In this document: positions 46,153 to 59,937 of the stretch, in pieces | How positions within the stretch are numbered: position 1 is the first letter of the stretch | Layout of the letters: each line of letters begins with the position of its first letter | Assembly (NCBI GenBank): GCA_963753435.1 | Contig: CAVWCF010000005.1 | Span: forward strand, 1-64,000 | Source: an uncultured Actinomycetota bacterium | GTDB lineage: Bacteria; Actinomycetota; Actinomycetes; CAVWCF01 | Length of the DNA stretch: 64,000 bases | Reading direction: 5' to 3' | Notes under the pieces: generated by a model | What the model was told of the DNA's origin: nothing | The model's input: the letters and a program-made list of their open reading frames with translations, nothing else | The model's database searches: none | Program-made: the position numbers and the translations under genes

Positions 46153-46206
46153 GTACGGCTCCTGCCTTGGTGTTCGGCGGTACGGCTGACCGCCGGTGGT
46201 ACTTGG

Positions 46207-46236
46207 CTACGGAACCGTAACCTACGCAACCGTAGG
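46207..46236. promoter_or_regulatory. tandem palindromic operator upstream of desaturase-TetR operon
   Basis: CTACGGAACCGTAA and CCTACGCAACCGTAGG: two TACG-N4-CGTA palindromes 15 bp apart. Confidence 0.6.
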
Positions 46237-46350
46237 AAGCAAGGCACCCGGCGGAACAGATGCACTGAGGGGGACGGCGACTGCAGCGGACGTGCTGGCA
46301 GGCGTGGGCATTCGGGATCGCCGTGGACAGTCCGTACCCTCACTGCCTGG

Positions 46351-46424
46351 TCCCGGATCGTCTAATGGCAGGACAGCGGGTTTTGGTCCCGCGAATGGGG
46401 GTTCGAATCCTCCTCCGGGAGCCA
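46351..46424 (+). tRNA. tRNA-Gln (TTG)
   Basis: TCCCGGA/TCCGGGA acceptor, GCGGG-TTTTGGT-CCCGC anticodon arm, GGTTCGAATCC, CCA. Confidence 0.96.
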
Positions 46425-46492
46425 CACCGCTGGGGGGCTATCCTCGCGGCCGTCCGCTTCCCCGGCCAGGTTCCAGCGTCGGAGGCTCAAAG

Positions 46493-47978
46493 GTGTCAGC
46501 CACTATCGCTCCGGCCGCCGTCATCGTCCTGGCCGCGGGCGAGGGCAAGCGGATGAAATCGGCAACGCCCAAGGTGCTGCACCAGATCGCCGGTCGCAGC
46601 CTCGTCGCCCACGTGCTGACCGCCGCGGGTGGACTCCAGGCCACGCGCACCGTCGTGGTCGTCGGACACGGCCGTGAGCAGGTGAGCGAGCACCTCGCGG
46701 AACATTTCCCGGATGTCGAGACCGTCGTTCAGTCGGAGCAGAACGGCACTGGGCATGCGGTCCGACTGGCCCTCGCAGCGCTCGGGCCGGAGATCTCCGG
46801 AACCGTGGTGATCCTGGCGGGGGACACCCCGCTGATCGCCGGTAGCACCCTGCAGTCGCTGTTGGTCCGGCACCAGGACCACGCCGCTGCCGCCACGGTG
46901 CTGACTGCCGTGCTCGAGGACGCCAGCGGCTACGGCCGCGTCGTGCGCGGGGCAGATGGTCTCGTCACGGGCATCGTCGAGCACCGCGACGCCAGCGCGG
47001 AGCAACTGACGATCACCGAGATCAACAGCGGCGTGTACGCCTTCGAGGCGACCGACCTGCGCTCTGCTTTGGAGCGGCTTGGGACCGACAACGACCAGGG
47101 CGAGGAGTACCTCACCGACGCGATCGCCACCCTGCGAGCCGACGACCGCCGGGTCGCGGCCGAACCCGTGGCCGTCGCCGACGAGGTCCTCGGCGTGAAC
47201 GACCGCGTGCAACTTGCTCAGGTGGCTGCCTTGTACCGCGATCGCCTGCTGCAACGGTGGATGCGCGAGGGCGTGACGGTCATCGATCCGTCCTCAGTCT
47301 GGATCGACGCGGACGTGACGTTGGCGCCTGATGTGCTCATCCAGCCGGACGTGCAGTTGCTTGGTGCCACCGACGTAGCGTCCGGGGCGGCAATCGGTCC
47401 TCGTTGCACCCTCACCGACACCGAGGTCGGCGAAGGCGCCTCGGTCATCGACACGTTCGCCATGCTGGCGCGGGTCGGCGCCGGGGCGTCGGTGGGCCCG
47501 TTCACCTACCTGCGGCCGGGTGCCGACGTGGGCCCCGGTGCCAAGGCCGGCGCTTATGTGGAGATCAAGAACTCGGTGGTGGGGGCCGGGGCCAAGGTGC
47601 CGCACCTGTCCTACGTGGGCGACGCCGACATCGGTGCCGGGCGCCAACATCGGCGCGGCGACGGTCTTCGTGAACTACGACGGCATCGCCAAGCACCGCA
47701 CGACCGTCGGCGAGCACGCGCGGGTGGGCAGCGACACCATGCTCGTCGCCCCCGTAACCATCGGTCCGGGCGCCTACACGGCGGCTGGTTCGGTAATCAC
47801 CGAGGACGTCCCACCAGGTGCCATCGGCGTGGGGCGGGCCAGGCAACGAACCATCCCCGGGTGGGTGCAGCGCAAACGGGCTGGGACCAAATCGGCCGAG
47901 GCCGCCGCACGGGCTGCGGAGTCATCGGACAATGCAGAGTCGTCGGACAACGAAGCGAACCGAAAGGCCGGGGGTTAG
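46493..47978 (+). CDS. glmU: bifunctional UDP-GlcNAc pyrophosphorylase/acetyltransferase (one frameshift near 47641)
   Basis: [39 protein letters not shown] then [14 protein letters not shown] in another frame. Confidence 0.95.
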
Positions 47979-47980
47979 GT

Positions 47981-48958
47981 ATGTCGGGGATCAAGTCTTC
48001 GCCCAGCAAGCAGTTGATGCTGTTCACCGGGCGGGCCCATCACGCCTTGGCCGAGGCGGTCGCGACCGAACTGGGCACCGAGGTCGTGCCCACGAGTGCC
48101 TACGACTTCGCCAACGGCGAGATATTCATCCGCTTCGAGGAGTCGGTGCGCGGGTCGGACGCCTTCGTCATCCAGACACACTGCGCGCCCATCAACAAGT
48201 CGATCATGGAGCACCTGATCATGGTCGATGCCCTGAAGCGCGCCTCCGCCAAGCGCATCACCGTCGTAGCCCCCTTCTACGGGTACGCCCGGCAGGACAA
48301 GAAGCACCGGGGTCGTGAACCGATCTCGGCGCGGCTGGTGGCAGACCTGTTCAAGACCGCCGGTGCCGACCGCCTGATGGCCGTGGACCTGCACACCTCG
48401 CAGATCCAGGGCTTCTTTGACGGCCCCGTCGATCACCTGTTCGCGCTGCCGTTGCTGGCCGAGCACGTTCGGCACCGCACCGACGTTGACCGGCTGACCA
48501 TCGTTTCCCCGGATGCCGGTCGCGTGCGCGTTGCCGAACGTTGGACCGACCTGCTGGGTGCGCCGTTGGCGATCATCCACAAGCGCCGCGACCCCAACGT
48601 GGCCAACCAGGTCACCGTTAACGAAGTTGTCGGTGACGTCGCCGGGCGCATCTGCGTGCTGGTCGACGACATGATCGACACCGGCGGCACGATCACGAAG
48701 GCTGCTGACGCGCTGTTCGACAACGGCGCGGCGGAGGTAATCGTCACGGCCACGCACGGCGTCTTCAGCCCGCCGGCGGTCGACCGGCTCAAGAACAGCC
48801 GCATCTCCGAGGTGGTCGTCACCGACACCCTGCCCATTTCGGAGGAGTGCCAGTTCGACAAGTTGACGGTGCTGCCGATCGCGCCTCTGCTGGCCCGCGC
48901 CGTTCGTGAGGTGTTCGAGGACGGCTCGGTGACGTCCCTGTTCGACGGCCACGCCTGA
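47981..48958 (+). CDS. prs: ribose-phosphate pyrophosphokinase
   Basis: [35 protein letters not shown]. Confidence 0.97.
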   Translation: MSGIKSSPSKQLMLFTGRAHHALAEAVATELGTEVVPTSAYDFANGEIFIRFEESVRGSDAFVIQTHCAPINKSIMEHLIMVDALKRASAKRITVVAPFYGYARQDKKHRGREPISARLVADLFKTAGADRLMAVDLHTSQIQGFFDGPVDHLFALPLLAEHVRHRTDVDRLTIVSPDAGRVRVAERWTDLLGAPLAIIHKRRDPNVANQVTVNEVVGDVAGRICVLVDDMIDTGGTITKAADALFDNGAAEVIVTATHGVFSPPAVDRLKNSRISEVVVTDTLPISEECQFDKLTVLPIAPLLARAVREVFEDGSVTSLFDGHA

Positions 48959-49001
48959 GCGTTAAGCGACGCCGCGCTCCGCTGGTAGCATTCGCAGTCC
49001 C

Positions 49002-49034
49002 TCGGCGAGGGTGGCCAGCAGGCCCCGTGATCGA
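49002..49034 (+). promoter_or_regulatory. structured 5' leader of rplY (candidate autoregulatory element)
   Basis: TCGGCGAGGG-T-GGCC-AGCA-GGCC-CCGTGATCGA hairpin with purine-rich internal loop, just after TAGCAT -10. Confidence 0.45.
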
Positions 49035-49150
49035 CGCGGCGGTCGCTGTTCGGCGCCCCACTGAGGCCACCGACCGCCAACCAGGCTGCAACTTCGATTC
49101 ACGCAGCTGCACGACCCGACACGTACCGTCCCAGCCCCGAGGAGTCAGTC

Positions 49151-49786
49151 ATGGCCGAGATCAGCATCGCTGCTGAGCAGCGCAACGAGTTCGGCAAGGG
49201 CGCTGCCCGCCGCCTGCGTCGTGACCGCAAGGTCCCTGCTGTCCTGTACGGCCACGAGGCGGACGTCGTGCACTTGTCGTTGCCCGGCCACGAGCTGACC
49301 CAGGCCCTGCGGACTCCGAACGTGCTGCTCAGCCTGCAGTTGTCCGGTGGTGCCCAGCTGGCACTGCCCAAGGCGATCCAGCGTCACCCGGTCCGCCGCG
49401 ACATCGAGCACGTCGACCTGGTCATCGTCCGCCGCGGCGAGAAGGTGACCGTGGAGATCCCCATCCACACCACCGGCGCGACGCTCGGCGGCGGTGTCAT
49501 CGACGTCGTCGTGACCGCCCTGGCGGTCGAGGCCGAGGCCACGCACATCCCCGCAGAGATCGTGATCGACGTTGACAAGGCCGAGGCCGGCTTCCACGTC
49601 AACGCTGGTGACATCGAGCTTCCCGAAGGTGTTTCGCTGGCGCTGGAGCCGGACACGCTGGTCGTGCACGTCATCGCGCCGCAGGCCGAAGAGGCGGCCG
49701 CGCCCGCCACCGAGCCCATCGTGGGCGAGGTGCCTGAGGTCGGCGAGGAAACGGCCGAAGCGGCCGAGAACACCGACGAGTCCTGA
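49151..49786 (+). CDS. rplY: 50S ribosomal protein L25/general stress protein Ctc
   Basis: GKGAARRLRR..VPAVLYGH, QRHPV..IEHVDL; acidic tail. Confidence 0.96.
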   Translation: MAEISIAAEQRNEFGKGAARRLRRDRKVPAVLYGHEADVVHLSLPGHELTQALRTPNVLLSLQLSGGAQLALPKAIQRHPVRRDIEHVDLVIVRRGEKVTVEIPIHTTGATLGGGVIDVVVTALAVEAEATHIPAEIVIDVDKAEAGFHVNAGDIELPEGVSLALEPDTLVVHVIAPQAEEAAAPATEPIVGEVPEVGEETAEAAENTDES

Positions 49787-49791
49787 CCCAT

Positions 49792-50367
49792 ATGGCCGGC
49801 GATTGGCTGGTCATCGGTCTGGGCAACCCCGGGCCGGAGTACGCAGGTACCCGGCACAACGTTGGCGCCATGGTCGTCGACGTCCTGTCGGCCCGGTTGG
49901 GTGCGCGGTTTCGCAGTCACCGGGCGCGTGCCGATGTCGCCGAGGGGCGACTTGTTCCTGGCGGTCCAAAACTGGTGTTGGCCAAGCCGCGCACCTACAT
50001 GAACGAGTCGGGCGGCCCGGTTGCCGGGCTGGCCGGCTTCTTCAAGATCCCGCTGGAGCGGCTCGTTGTGATTCACGACGAGCTGGATCTACCGGCTGGA
50101 TCGATGCGGATCAAGGCGGGCGGCGGAGACAACGGCCACAACGGACTGAAGTCGCTGCGGCGCAGCCTGGGCAGCGGTGAGTTCCTGCGGTTGCGGTTCG
50201 GAATCGGGCGGCCGCCCGGGAGCATGGACCCGGCTGCCTTCGTCCTGCGTCCGTTTGCCAAGGCCGAGCGTGAGGCACTGCCGGTGGAATTGGAGCGCGC
50301 CGCCGACGCGGTTGGCGCATTGACCAGCGAGGGTCTGGAACGAGCCCAGAACGAGTACAACGACTAG
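49792..50367 (+). CDS. pth: peptidyl-tRNA hydrolase
   Basis: GLGNPG, TRHNVG, YMNESG, HDELD, GHNGLKS. Confidence 0.97.
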   Translation: MAGDWLVIGLGNPGPEYAGTRHNVGAMVVDVLSARLGARFRSHRARADVAEGRLVPGGPKLVLAKPRTYMNESGGPVAGLAGFFKIPLERLVVIHDELDLPAGSMRIKAGGGDNGHNGLKSLRRSLGSGEFLRLRFGIGRPPGSMDPAAFVLRPFAKAEREALPVELERAADAVGALTSEGLERAQNEYND

Positions 50368-50436
50368 GGGTCTGACCGGTAGACATTCGCCAACGAGGCA
50401 CCTGACGACAGAAGACGTGACGAGTCTGGAGGCGAC

Positions 50437-53400
50437 GTGAGCCTGGCCGGCCTGCTCGCACTGCTGCGCTCGGACGCCGGAATCGAGGCCGCGCTGACGG
50501 CGGCCGCCCAGCGCCGGCCGTCTCTCGCCCTGGCCGCGGCCGCCGGTGTGCGGCCGTTCCTCCTCGCCACGTTGACGGCGGAACGCCCGGTCCTGCTGAT
50601 AACCGCCACCAGCCGGGACGCGGAGGACGCTGCCACCGACCTGCGCGTGCTGCTGCCGCCGGAGTCGGTCCTGGACTTCCCGGCCTGGGAGACCTTGCCC
50701 CATGAGCGGCTGTCGCCGCGCTCGGACACGGTCGGCGTGCGGCTGGCAGCGCTGCGCCGGCTCGCCCACCCCGAAGACGACCCGGGGCTATCGCCGATCC
50801 GTGTCGTCGTGGCACCGGTTCGCAGCCTGCTGCAGCCGCTGCTGCGGGGTTTGGGCGATGTGCTTCCGGTGCGACTCAGCCCCGGCGCAGACATGGAACT
50901 GGACGCCCTGATCGAGCGGCTCGTCGAGATCGGGTACGTGCGAGCCGACATGGTCGGTCGCCGTGGTGAGTTTGCGGTTCGTGGCGGGATCGTTGACGTC
51001 TTTGCGCCCACCGACGAGCATCCCGTGCGCATCGAGTTCTTCGGCGACACCGTCGAGGAGATCCGCAGCTTCCGCGTCTCCGATCAGCGGTCCCTGCAAG
51101 CCCAGTCCAGATTCACCGCGCCTCCTTGTCGTGAGTTGCTGCTGACCGACGAGGTGCGTGACCGGGCGGCCCAACTGGCTGAAGCGGTGCCGGCGATGAG
51201 CGAAGTGTTCGCCCCCATCGCCGACGGGGTGGCCGTGGAAGGAATGGAATCGCTCGGTCCGGTCCTCAACCCGGGCGGCGCCGAGACGCTGGCGGACGTC
51301 ATGCCTGCCGACACGCTGGTCCTGCTCCAGGACCCCGAGCGCATCCGGCGCCGTTCTGCGGACCTGGTGGCTACCAGCGCGGAGTTCCTGACTGCGAGTT
51401 GGGCAGCGGCGGCCGTCGGCGCCGCGGCGCCCTTGGACCTCGGGTCCACCGTTTACCGGGACCTGGACGAATTGCGGCAGCACGTGCTGGCAACCGGTCG
51501 TGGCTGGTGGGTCACCGGCACCATCGGGGCGGGCTTGGATCTGGCCCCCGCCGACGAAGAGAGTTCCGAAGGCTCCATCCGGATCGACGTGCAACCGGCG
51601 CAGGAGTATCGCGGCGACACCGACAAGGCACTCAGCGAAATCGGGGATCAGTTGCGGGCCGGCTGGCGGGTGGTCCTCCTCACTCCGGGGCACGGCCCGG
51701 CGCAACGGCTCGTGGAGCGGCTGGCTGAGGTGGAGGTTCCGGCGCGCTTGGACCCGGACCTCGCCGACCCCCCGACCGGCTCGGTTGTGCACGTCACGAC
51801 GGCAGCGTTGGAGCACGGCTTGCGGGCGCCGGCGCAGAAGTTGCTGGTGCTGAGCGAGGCGGATCTCGTGGGGCAGCGCAGCAGTACCAAGGACATGCGT
51901 CGCCTGCCGTCGCGTCGGCGAGCCATCGATCCGCTGCAACTGACCGCCGGCGACCCGGTGGTGCACGAGCAGCACGGGGTCGGCCGCTACGTGGAGATGT
52001 TGCAGCGCGAAGTCGGCGGGGCGACGCGGGAGTACCTGGTCATCGAATACGCGCCCGCCCGTCGCGGCGCTCCGCCGGACCGGCTGTTTGTGCCTACGGA
52101 TCAGTTGGACCAGGTCACCCGGTATGTCGGTGGCGAGGCGCCGACGCTGCACCGACTCGGAGGTGCGGATTGGGCCAAGGCCAAGGGCCGCGCCCGCAAG
52201 GCGGTTCGTGACATCGCCGCGCACCTGATTCAGCTGTACTCCGCGCGGCAGGCGGCACCCGGGTTCGCCTTCGGGCCGGATACCCCATGGCAAGCCGAGT
52301 TGGAGGACGCGTTTGCGTATGTCGAGACGCCGGACCAGTCGTCGGCGATCGACGAGGTCAAGGAAGACATGCGCAAGTCGGTCCCCATGGACCGCCTGAT
52401 CTGCGGCGACGTTGGCTATGGAAAGACCGAGATCGCAGTACGGGCCGCGTTCAAGGCAGTGCAGGACGGCAAGCAGGTTGCGGTCCTGGTGCCTACGACG
52501 CTGCTGGTCCAGCAGCACTCCTCGACGTTCGCCGAGCGGTACGCGAACTTCCCGGTCCGGATCGCGCGGTTGAGCCGGTTCGAGTCGGAGAAGGAGACCC
52601 GCGCCGTGCTGGCCGGGCTTGCCGACGGGTCGATCGACGTGGTCATCGGCACTCATCGGCTGCTCGGTGACAAGGTCCGTTTCAAGGATCTGGGTCTGGT
52701 CATTGTCGATGAGGAGCAGCGGTTCGGGGTCGAACACAAGGAAGCCCTCAAGCGGATGCGCACCCACGTGGACGTGCTGGCGATGTCGGCGACGCCGATC
52801 CCACGCACCTTGGAGATGGCTGTGACCGGGATCCGGGAAATGAGCGTCATCGCCACGCCCCCGGAGGAACGACACCCGGTTCTGACCTTCGTCGGGCCTT
52901 TCGACGATCGGCAGATCGCCGCGGCGATCCGGCGCGAGCTGCTCCGCGACGGCCAGGTCTTCTATGTGCACAACCGCGTTGAGTCCATCGACAAGGCGGC
53001 GGCTCGGCTGGCGGATCTGGTGCCGGAGGCCCGCATTCGGGTCGCCCACGGTCAAATGAGTGAGGCAGCCCTGGAGCAGGTGATCCTGGACTTCTGGGAG
53101 CGGCAGTTCGATGTGCTGGTGAGCACGACGATCGTGGAAAGCGGACTGGACATCGCCAATGCCAACACGCTCATCGTGGAGCGCGCTGACGCCATGGGGC
53201 TGTCGCAACTGCACCAGTTGCGCGGCCGGGTCGGCCGTGGCCGGGAGCGGGCATACGCGTACTTCCTGTATCCGCCCGAGCGACCATTGACCGAAACCGC
53301 CCACGACCGACTTGCCACTATCGCGCAGCACAACGAGTTGGGGGCGGGGATGCACGTGGCGATGAAGGACCTGGAGATCCGCGGCGCCGGCAACCTGCTC

Positions 53401-53991
53401 GGCGCCGAGCAGTCCGGCCACATCGCCGACGTCGGTTTCGACTTGTACGTGCGGCTGGTCGGCGAGGCGGTGGAGGCGTTCCGGCGCGGTGCGGGGGAGG
53501 AGTTGCCCGAGGACGTGCCGGACGTCCGCGTCGAACTGCCGATCAACGCGCACCTGCCGCACGAGTACGTGCCGCATGAGCGCCTGCGCCTGGAGGCGTA
53601 CCGGCGGCTGTCGGAGGCGGTGTCGGGCGCCGACATCGATGAGGTCGCCGCGGAATGGCGGGACCGGTACGGGCCGCCGCCCCCGCCGGCTGCGGCCCTC
53701 CTTGACGTCGCGAGGTTCCGGGTTGCGGCTCGCGCCGCTGGGCTGACGGACGTGACCGCCCAGGGCACGATGGTGAAACTGGCGCCGGTAGACCTGCCCG
53801 AGAGTGGACAATTGCGCCTGCGCCGGCTGTACCCCGGCGCGGTGGTGAAAGCCTCGCTACGTACGATCCTCGTGCCGCAGCCGAAGACCGCCCCGTTGGG
53901 CGGTCGGCCGTTGCGCAACGCGGAACTGCTGGAATGGGCGAGCACGCTGATCCAGGACCTGGCGCCGATCGGCGGAGGAGGGCGAGCCTGA
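50437..53991 (+). CDS. mfd: transcription-repair coupling factor
   Basis: WETLPHERLSP, RGGIVDVF, MDRLICGDVGYGKTE, DEEQRFG, SATPIPRT, DLEIRGAGNLLG. Confidence 0.98.
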   Translation: MSLAGLLALLRSDAGIEAALTAAAQRRPSLALAAAAGVRPFLLATLTAERPVLLITATSRDAEDAATDLRVLLPPESVLDFPAWETLPHERLSPRSDTVGVRLAALRRLAHPEDDPGLSPIRVVVAPVRSLLQPLLRGLGDVLPVRLSPGADMELDALIERLVEIGYVRADMVGRRGEFAVRGGIVDVFAPTDEHPVRIEFFGDTVEEIRSFRVSDQRSLQAQSRFTAPPCRELLLTDEVRDRAAQLAEAVPAMSEVFAPIADGVAVEGMESLGPVLNPGGAETLADVMPADTLVLLQDPERIRRRSADLVATSAEFLTASWAAAAVGAAAPLDLGSTVYRDLDELRQHVLATGRGWWVTGTIGAGLDLAPADEESSEGSIRIDVQPAQEYRGDTDKALSEIGDQLRAGWRVVLLTPGHGPAQRLVERLAEVEVPARLDPDLADPPTGSVVHVTTAALEHGLRAPAQKLLVLSEADLVGQRSSTKDMRRLPSRRRAIDPLQLTAGDPVVHEQHGVGRYVEMLQREVGGATREYLVIEYAPARRGAPPDRLFVPTDQLDQVTRYVGGEAPTLHRLGGADWAKAKGRARKAVRDIAAHLIQLYSARQAAPGFAFGPDTPWQAELEDAFAYVETPDQSSAIDEVKEDMRKSVPMDRLICGDVGYGKTEIAVRAAFKAVQDGKQVAVLVPTTLLVQQHSSTFAERYANFPVRIARLSRFESEKETRAVLAGLADGSIDVVIGTHRLLGDKVRFKDLGLVIVDEEQRFGVEHKEALKRMRTHVDVLAMSATPIPRTLEMAVTGIREMSVIATPPEERHPVLTFVGPFDDRQIAAAIRRELLRDGQVFYVHNRVESIDKAAARLADLVPEARIRVAHGQMSEAALEQVILDFWERQFDVLVSTTIVESGLDIANANTLIVERADAMGLSQLHQLRGRVGRGRERAYAYFLYPPERPLTETAHDRLATIAQHNELGAGMHVAMKDLEIRGAGNLLGAEQSGHIADVGFDLYVRLVGEAVEAFRRGAGEELPEDVPDVRVELPINAHLPHEYVPHERLRLEAYRRLSEAVSGADIDEVAAEWRDRYGPPPPPAAALLDVARFRVAARAAGLTDVTAQGTMVKLAPVDLPESGQLRLRRLYPGAVVKASLRTILVPQPKTAPLGGRPLRNAELLEWASTLIQDLAPIGGGGRA

Positions 53992-54577
53992 TGCGCGGTG
54001 CAGTGATTGCGGCTTTGGCAGTCTCGACGGTGATGCTCACCGCGTGCACCAATCAAGCCGGTGCCGCGGCACTGGTTGGGGACGTTGTCTTCAGCGAGAC
54101 CCAGGTGCAGGCCGACACGGCCGAGGTGCTGCGAGCGGCCGACGCCGCCGGCGGCATCCAGGTTGAGAACGCCGCGGTTGCCCGGGAGCAGGTGCGTCGT
54201 CTGGTCACCGAGGAACTGGTCGAACTGGCGGCGACGGAGCAAGGGGTCGAGGTGACCGCTGGCGACGTGGATCGCTCCATCGCGCAGGTCGCCGCCACCA
54301 CCCCCGGCGGAGTCGATGCCCTGGAAGTGCAGTTGGCGACGCAGAACGGCGTGCCGCCATCGGCGTTGGAGTCCTTCGTCCGGACCTTCCTGCTGCAGCA
54401 GGAGTTGGTGGCCGCAACCGGAGCGCCCCCGGGCTTGGCTGAGCAGCAGTACGTGGCTCAGCTCGCGGAGCTGTCGGACGAGGTGGGTGTGAGCATCTCG
54501 CCGCGATACGGCGAGTGGGTGCCTACCGAACTCCGCGTGGCCGAGCCCCCGTTCGACCTGGCTGCTCCGCCGACTTC

Positions 54578-54581
<4 letters not shown>
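53991..54581 (+). CDS. SurA N-terminal domain lipoprotein
   Basis: Lipobox LTAC, GAAALVGD, VSISPRYGEW; mfd-mazG synteny. Confidence 0.8.
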
Positions 54582-57472
<2,891 letters not shown>

Positions 57473-57473
<1 letters not shown>

Positions 57474-57970
57474 TGGGCACTCCGACCAAGGCCGATCTGG
57501 CCGCGGTTTCCGCGCAACTGGGGCGCCCGGCGCGGGGAGTTCGTGCCGTGGCGCACCGGTGTGCGTGCGGCCTACCGGACGTGGTGGAGACGCAGCCACG
57601 ATTGGCCGACGGCACGCCCTTCCCCACCCTGTACTACCTGACCTGCCCCCGTGCGGCTGCGGCGATCAGCACCTTGGAGGCATCGGGGGTGATGCGCCGA
57701 ATGGCCGACCGACTGGCGGCGGACCCGGAGTTGGCGGCGGCGTACCGCGCCGCACACGAGGACTACCTCGCCCGGCGCACGGCGATCGCCGACGTCGCCG
57801 AGATCGACGGGATCACCGCCGGCGGCATGCCGGACCGGGTCAAGTGTCTGCACGTCCTGGCGGCGCACTCGCTGGCCGTAGGTACCGGGATCAACCCGCT
57901 GGGTGATGAGGTTTTGGCGGCGTTGGGCGACTGGTCCACCGGTGGACCCTGCATCGAGGCGGCTGACTGA
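57473..57970 (+). CDS. DUF501 family protein
   Basis: QLGRPARG, GTPFPTLYYLTCP, GGMPDRVKCLH. Confidence 0.92.
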
Positions 57971-58881
57971 TGCGGGTCGCGGCGATCGACTGCGGAACCA
58001 ACTCGATTCGGCTCCTCGTCGCCGAACTCGTCGATGGTCGGCTGGTGGACCTAGAGCGGACCATGCGCATTGTGCGCCTCGGCGAGGGGACGGACCGAAC
58101 CGGTCGCCTGTCCGATGCGGCTCTGGATCGGACCTTCACTGCGGTATCGGAGTACGGCGAACTGATCGACTCATTCCGGGTCGACGCGGTCCGGTTCGTG
58201 GCCACATCCGCTAGTCGCGATGCGGACAACTCCGCCGTCTTCCAGGACGGAGTGCGCCAGCGCCTTGGCGTGCTGCCGGAGGTGATCACCGGCGTTGCGG
58301 AGGCCCGACTGTCCTTCGAGGGTGCCACGCGACAGTTGCGCGATGAGGTGCCCGGCCCGTACCTGGTTGCTGACATCGGTGGTGGCAGCACCGAGGTGGT
58401 ACACGGCGACGCCGAGCCGGACAGTTCGGCGTCGATGGACGTCGGGTGTGTGCGTTTGACTGAGCGTCACTTCGTCGAGGACCCCCCGAGTCCGGCGCAG
58501 GTCGAAGCGGCCATCGCCGATGTCGACGCCGCACTGGCGGCGATTTCCGACTCGGTTCCCTTGACGGCGCCGGCGCAACTCGTGGGCCTGGCCGGGTCGG
58601 TGACCACTGTGGCCGCGCTGGCGCTTGGTTTGCCGTCCTACGACCCGCGGGCCATCCACGGCAGCCGGGTGAGTCGTGATGAAGTGCAACGGATCAGCGC
58701 GGAGTTGCTGCGCGCCAATCACGAACGGCGCCTTGCCTATCCCGTCATGCATCCGGGCCGGGCCGACGTGATCATCGGTGGGGCGTTGGTGCTGGACCGC
58801 CTCATGCGGGCTACCGGCGCCGCCGACGTGCTTGTCAGCGAACGCGACATCCTGGACGGCATTGCCTGGTCACTGTGCTGA
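57970..58881 (+). CDS. ppx: Ppx/GppA exopolyphosphatase
   Basis: AAIDCGTNSIRL, ATSASRDA, DIGGGSTE, GRADVI. Confidence 0.95.
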   Translation: MRVAAIDCGTNSIRLLVAELVDGRLVDLERTMRIVRLGEGTDRTGRLSDAALDRTFTAVSEYGELIDSFRVDAVRFVATSASRDADNSAVFQDGVRQRLGVLPEVITGVAEARLSFEGATRQLRDEVPGPYLVADIGGGSTEVVHGDAEPDSSASMDVGCVRLTERHFVEDPPSPAQVEAAIADVDAALAAISDSVPLTAPAQLVGLAGSVTTVAALALGLPSYDPRAIHGSRVSRDEVQRISAELLRANHERRLAYPVMHPGRADVIIGGALVLDRLMRATGAADVLVSERDILDGIAWSLC

Positions 58882-58894
58882 GGCGTCGATCGTT

Positions 58895-58928
58895 CCGGAC
58901 CTCCGGCACAGTCCGGGACCTCCGACCT
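58895..58928. promoter_or_regulatory. two DosR/DevR-like boxes upstream of DUF1918 gene
   Basis: CGGACCTCCGGCAC and GGGACCTCCGACCT, resembling GGGAC-N4-GnCCC. Confidence 0.45.
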
Positions 58929-58987
58929 TGCCCGCCCGGCCGGACAGTGCCCACGATGGGACGGCACAAAGATCCCGGAGGTGGAGC

Positions 58988-59185
58988 ATGCAGGCCAAGG
59001 TCGGCGACCGTCTGGTGGTGAAGAGTCGGCACGTGGGCGAGCAACCGCGTGATGGGGAGATCATCGAAGTCCATGGCGAGGACGGTGGCCCGCCGTACTT
59101 GGTGCGCTGGTCCGATGACGGCCATGAGGGACTGTTCTTCCCCGGCCCGGACACGATCGTTGAGCACGAGACCGCCCACGGGTGA
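58988..59185 (+). CDS. DUF1918 domain protein
   Basis: [35 protein letters not shown]. Confidence 0.92.
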   Translation: MQAKVGDRLVVKSRHVGEQPRDGEIIEVHGEDGGPPYLVRWSDDGHEGLFFPGPDTIVEHETAHG

Positions 59186-59937
59186 GTGACGACGCAGATT
59201 CGATAGCGACACCGTCGGCGACGACCCCCGCGCAGGTCGCCCGGGTCGCCGCGCAGTTCACCAGCATCGATCTGCTTGACGAGGCAATCAGCAACTGCCG
59301 CGCCTGCCCGCGGCTTGTTGATTGGTGTCAGCAGGTGGCGCGCGAAAAGCGTCGCGCCTACGCCGATGAGACCTATTGGGGGCGGCCGGTCCCGGGGTTC
59401 GGCGAACCGCGACCGCGCGTGCTTGTGCTCGGTTTGGCCCCAGGAGCGCACGGCGCCAACCGCACCGGGCGGGTCTTCACCGGAGACCGAAGCGGGGACT
59501 GGCTCTACGCCGCGTTGCACCGGGCCGGGTTGGCCAACCAGCCGATCTCGACGCATGTCGGGGATGAACTGCGCTTGGTGGACACCCGGGTGAGTGCCGC
59601 CGTGCGGTGCGCGCCGCCGGGGAACCGGCCCACCCCGCAGGAACGCGACACCTGCTCGCCCTGGCTGGAGCAAGAGTTGCGGCTGACCCGGGATGATCTG
59701 CGCGTGGTGGTGGCGCTCGGGTCGTTCGCGTGGGACGCGGCCCTGCGGGGGCTGGCTGCGGTGGGGGAGCCCGCCATCAGGCCCAAGCCGCGATTCGGGC
59801 ACGGTGCTGAAGTCTCGGTCGGCCGGATCCGGCTCATCGGCTGCTACCACCCGAGCCAGCAGAACACCTTTACCGGCCGCCTTACTGAGGAAATGCTCGA
59901 CGCAGTCTTCGCGAGGGCCGTAGCGTCCTGCAGGTGA
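59182..59937 (+). CDS. udgB: uracil-DNA glycosylase family 5
   Basis: [40 protein letters not shown]. Confidence 0.93.
   Translation: MSDDADSIATPSATTPAQVARVAAQFTSIDLLDEAISNCRACPRLVDWCQQVAREKRRAYADETYWGRPVPGFGEPRPRVLVLGLAPGAHGANRTGRVFTGDRSGDWLYAALHRAGLANQPISTHVGDELRLVDTRVSAAVRCAPPGNRPTPQERDTCSPWLEQELRLTRDDLRVVVALGSFAWDAALRGLAAVGEPAIRPKPRFGHGAEVSVGRIRLIGCYHPSQQNTFTGRLTEEMLDAVFARAVASCR

Noticed and set aside
46196-48958. 920 aa apparent GlmU-Prs fusion ORF
   Set aside because: A single indel near 47641 shifts glmU into the prs frame; the true GlmU C-terminus is in another frame ending at 47978, and prs has its own ATG at 47981.
50788-53811. 1007 aa antisense ORF and many other long shadow ORFs
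   Set aside because: Antisense or alternative frames of genuine high-GC genes such as mfd; no recognisable motifs.
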